DNA of 64,000 bases from Octopus vulgaris (Eukaryota), in NCBI GenBank assembly GCA_951406725.2, contig OX597818.1, forward strand, positions 90,086,001 through 90,150,000, given 5' to 3'. How positions within the stretch are numbered: the stretch's first letter is position 1; every line of letters starts with the position of its first letter. Positions 61,836-64,000 of this stretch are shown here, in pieces. The notes below the pieces were generated by a model. That model was not told where the DNA came from. It did no database searches and was given only the letters and a program-made list of their open reading frames with translations. A program made the position numbers and the translations under genes.

Positions 61836-62124
61836 GCCCTGATGCAGTGCCAGGCAGTGGCTCTCATGGCTTCTGATCTTAACTGATTGGAAGTGTTATC
61901 ATGTACATTGTTGGAGCCCTGGGAACAGTGAGTAAAAATCTTGAGAAGAATATGGAACAAATAGGAGCTGCAATAAGGGTGGTGCACTTACAGAAAACAG
62001 TACTGCTTGGAACTGCTCGAATACTCCGGAAGGTGCTCGAAAAATAACGGGTGTTACCTTAGTTCACTGGTAGTGAACAGCTGACACCGTAGTACATCTC
62101 CAATGTTAGAAGCTGTGCAAAGGC
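61836..62124 (+). mobile_element. Chimeric (AAT)n-embedded retroposon: non-coding head + Dong/R4 3' end
   Basis: Head matches 32308 onward; remainder reads IVGALGTVSKNLEK...LQKTVLLGTARILRKVLEK*. Confidence 0.85.
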
Positions 62125-62131
62125 AATAATG

Positions 62132-62171
<40 letters not shown>

Positions 62172-62256
62172 TAATAATGATAATAATAATAATAATATTT
62201 CAGGATTCAGTAAAATAGCTCAAACAGAACAATCTTCACACGCAAGACATCCCCTA

Positions 62257-62616
62257 TACAGTAATACCTCAATTATCGCGGGTGTTACGTTCCAAAATCT
62301 CCCGCGATAGGTGAAAATCCGCGAAGTAGAAACAGTACTAAACTGTATATATTTTTTATCATTTTCATAATATGTATATATTTATTTTATTATAAGTGCA
62401 GAACAACACCACACACTTACCTTCCAAGTTTCGTTTTCTATATAGTATGTGCGATTCTTTGTTCACTCGTCTTCGGTACACTACGTATTTTCTTTTAATA
62501 TATTTATTTTAATTAATGTATAATACAGTGCAGTACTGAACTCTATTTTCATTTAGCAATTTATTAATTTTTATGCGTGAAAACGTTTATTTTACCACAG
62601 AAATAATTAAAACGTA

Positions 62617-62683
<67 letters not shown>

Positions 62684-63049
62684 ATCGGCCACCGAAACCC
62701 GCGATATAGCGAGGAGACCGTGATATAAATTTACATATATCAGGCAAAAAAATTCGCGATGTACTGAGTGCCGTGATATGGTGAGGGAGTACTGTATTTG
62801 GAAAATCAGAGCAATTGTCGGTAACTTTCAAGGACCACGAAATGTTGATAAACCAGGTGACATACAAAGCATTACAATGGTCAGTCTACCTATATACAAA
62901 CGGCATAAAAACTATAAAGTTTTGTTATACAGTAATAGATCTATATTTGTTTAACTCATTTGATACCAAGCTGCATATATTAGACAGAAAAATCCGCGAT
63001 GTACTGAGTGCGCGATAGGTGAACCGCGATATGGCGAGGGAGTACTGTA
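62257..63049. mobile_element. Tigger/pogo-type MITE with duplicated right end enclosing 178 bp of foreign flank
   Basis: Right ends at 62796 and 63049; intervening 62797-62974 matches 27320-27497. Confidence 0.9.
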
Positions 63050-63468
63050 CAACAATCACCCAATATTCTGGAAGGATACATCTCGTACAACATGAACTAT
63101 ACAAGATTAAGGCGCAATGAAATAACACAACTTGCATTACACACACACCACGTACAACAAAACACAAATTAATATAACAAGATTCACGATACCAAACCTC
63201 GTAACAAAACAAAACTGATGCAGTAAACCATCAGGAAGAGTCTACACTCGCCCCAGTTTCCAGTATAAATGTGATGTTGCACACACACACACAAGCGACG
63301 AATAGGTGCACCAATTTGATGCAGTAGAAACTAGCAGGAAACTACTGAAGAAAAAAATCAACAACAACAAAAAGAACCTAACGTACTCATGATTACGATG
63401 ACATTGGCAACAGCGCAGATAATGATGAGATGATGATAAGGAGGAACATGGGAATAGTAGTAGTAGTT

Positions 63469-63517
<49 letters not shown>

Positions 63518-63711
63518 AAGTAGTAGTAATAGTAATAGTAGGAGGTTGACGATGATGATATTGTTTATAATCTCAATTTAGCGTGACATGTTTTCTACGA
63601 GCAGGCTGACTTCCATAATATTCTTATAAAGGTGCAACCTAAACTGTCTGGAGCCTTGCCAAACAAGATTGTTCACCTCCTGAAATATATATATATATAT
63701 ATACGCACACA

Positions 63712-63808
<97 letters not shown>

Positions 63809-63810
<2 letters not shown>

Positions 63811-64000
63811 CGTAGGAGCTGCTGTGTGGTAACTAACTTGCTTACGAACCACATGGTTCCGGGTTCAGTCCCACTGCATGGCACCTTGGGCAAGTGTTTT
63901 CTACTACAGCCTCGGGCCGACCAAAGCCTTGTGAGTGGATTTGGTAGACGGAAACTGAAAGAAGCTCGTCTTATATATGTATATATATATGTATGTGTTT
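63809..64000 (+). mobile_element. Family A SINE head (runs off window)
   Basis: ggcgtaggagctgctgtgtggtaa...ccttgggcaagtg. Confidence 0.9.

Overview
This is AT-rich, microsatellite-dense eukaryotic DNA. Its SINE, LINE and simple-repeat content strongly suggests a cephalopod (Octopus) genome, which is inferred rather than database-confirmed. One large + strand gene spans most of the window: two exons encode an EMI-like domain, followed by at least 19 single-domain EGF exons (mostly calcium-binding type) of 120/123 nt, all phase 1-1 (MEGF6/fibrillin-like architecture). Its 5' signal-peptide exon was not located and its 3' end lies beyond the window. The introns and upstream DNA hold decayed DNA transposons (MULE, two mariners, DD41D, hAT, Helitrons, MITEs), LINE fragments (RTE, Dong/R4, CR1, Tx1-like) and several tRNA-derived SINE families. 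The less obvious signals are: (1) about ten minimal hammerhead-ribozyme motifs of the Penelope/retrozyme type, two with a compensated U3-A8 core and one locked inside a ~540-bp hairpin; (2) several retroelements each sitting in a different microsatellite; (3) a SINE that shares a LINE tail and appears to insert into itself at GGTAT; (4) a MITE that carries flank copied from another intron of the same gene. Most ORFs in the supplied track are microsatellite artefacts. All coordinates were read by eye; repeat boundaries are approximate.
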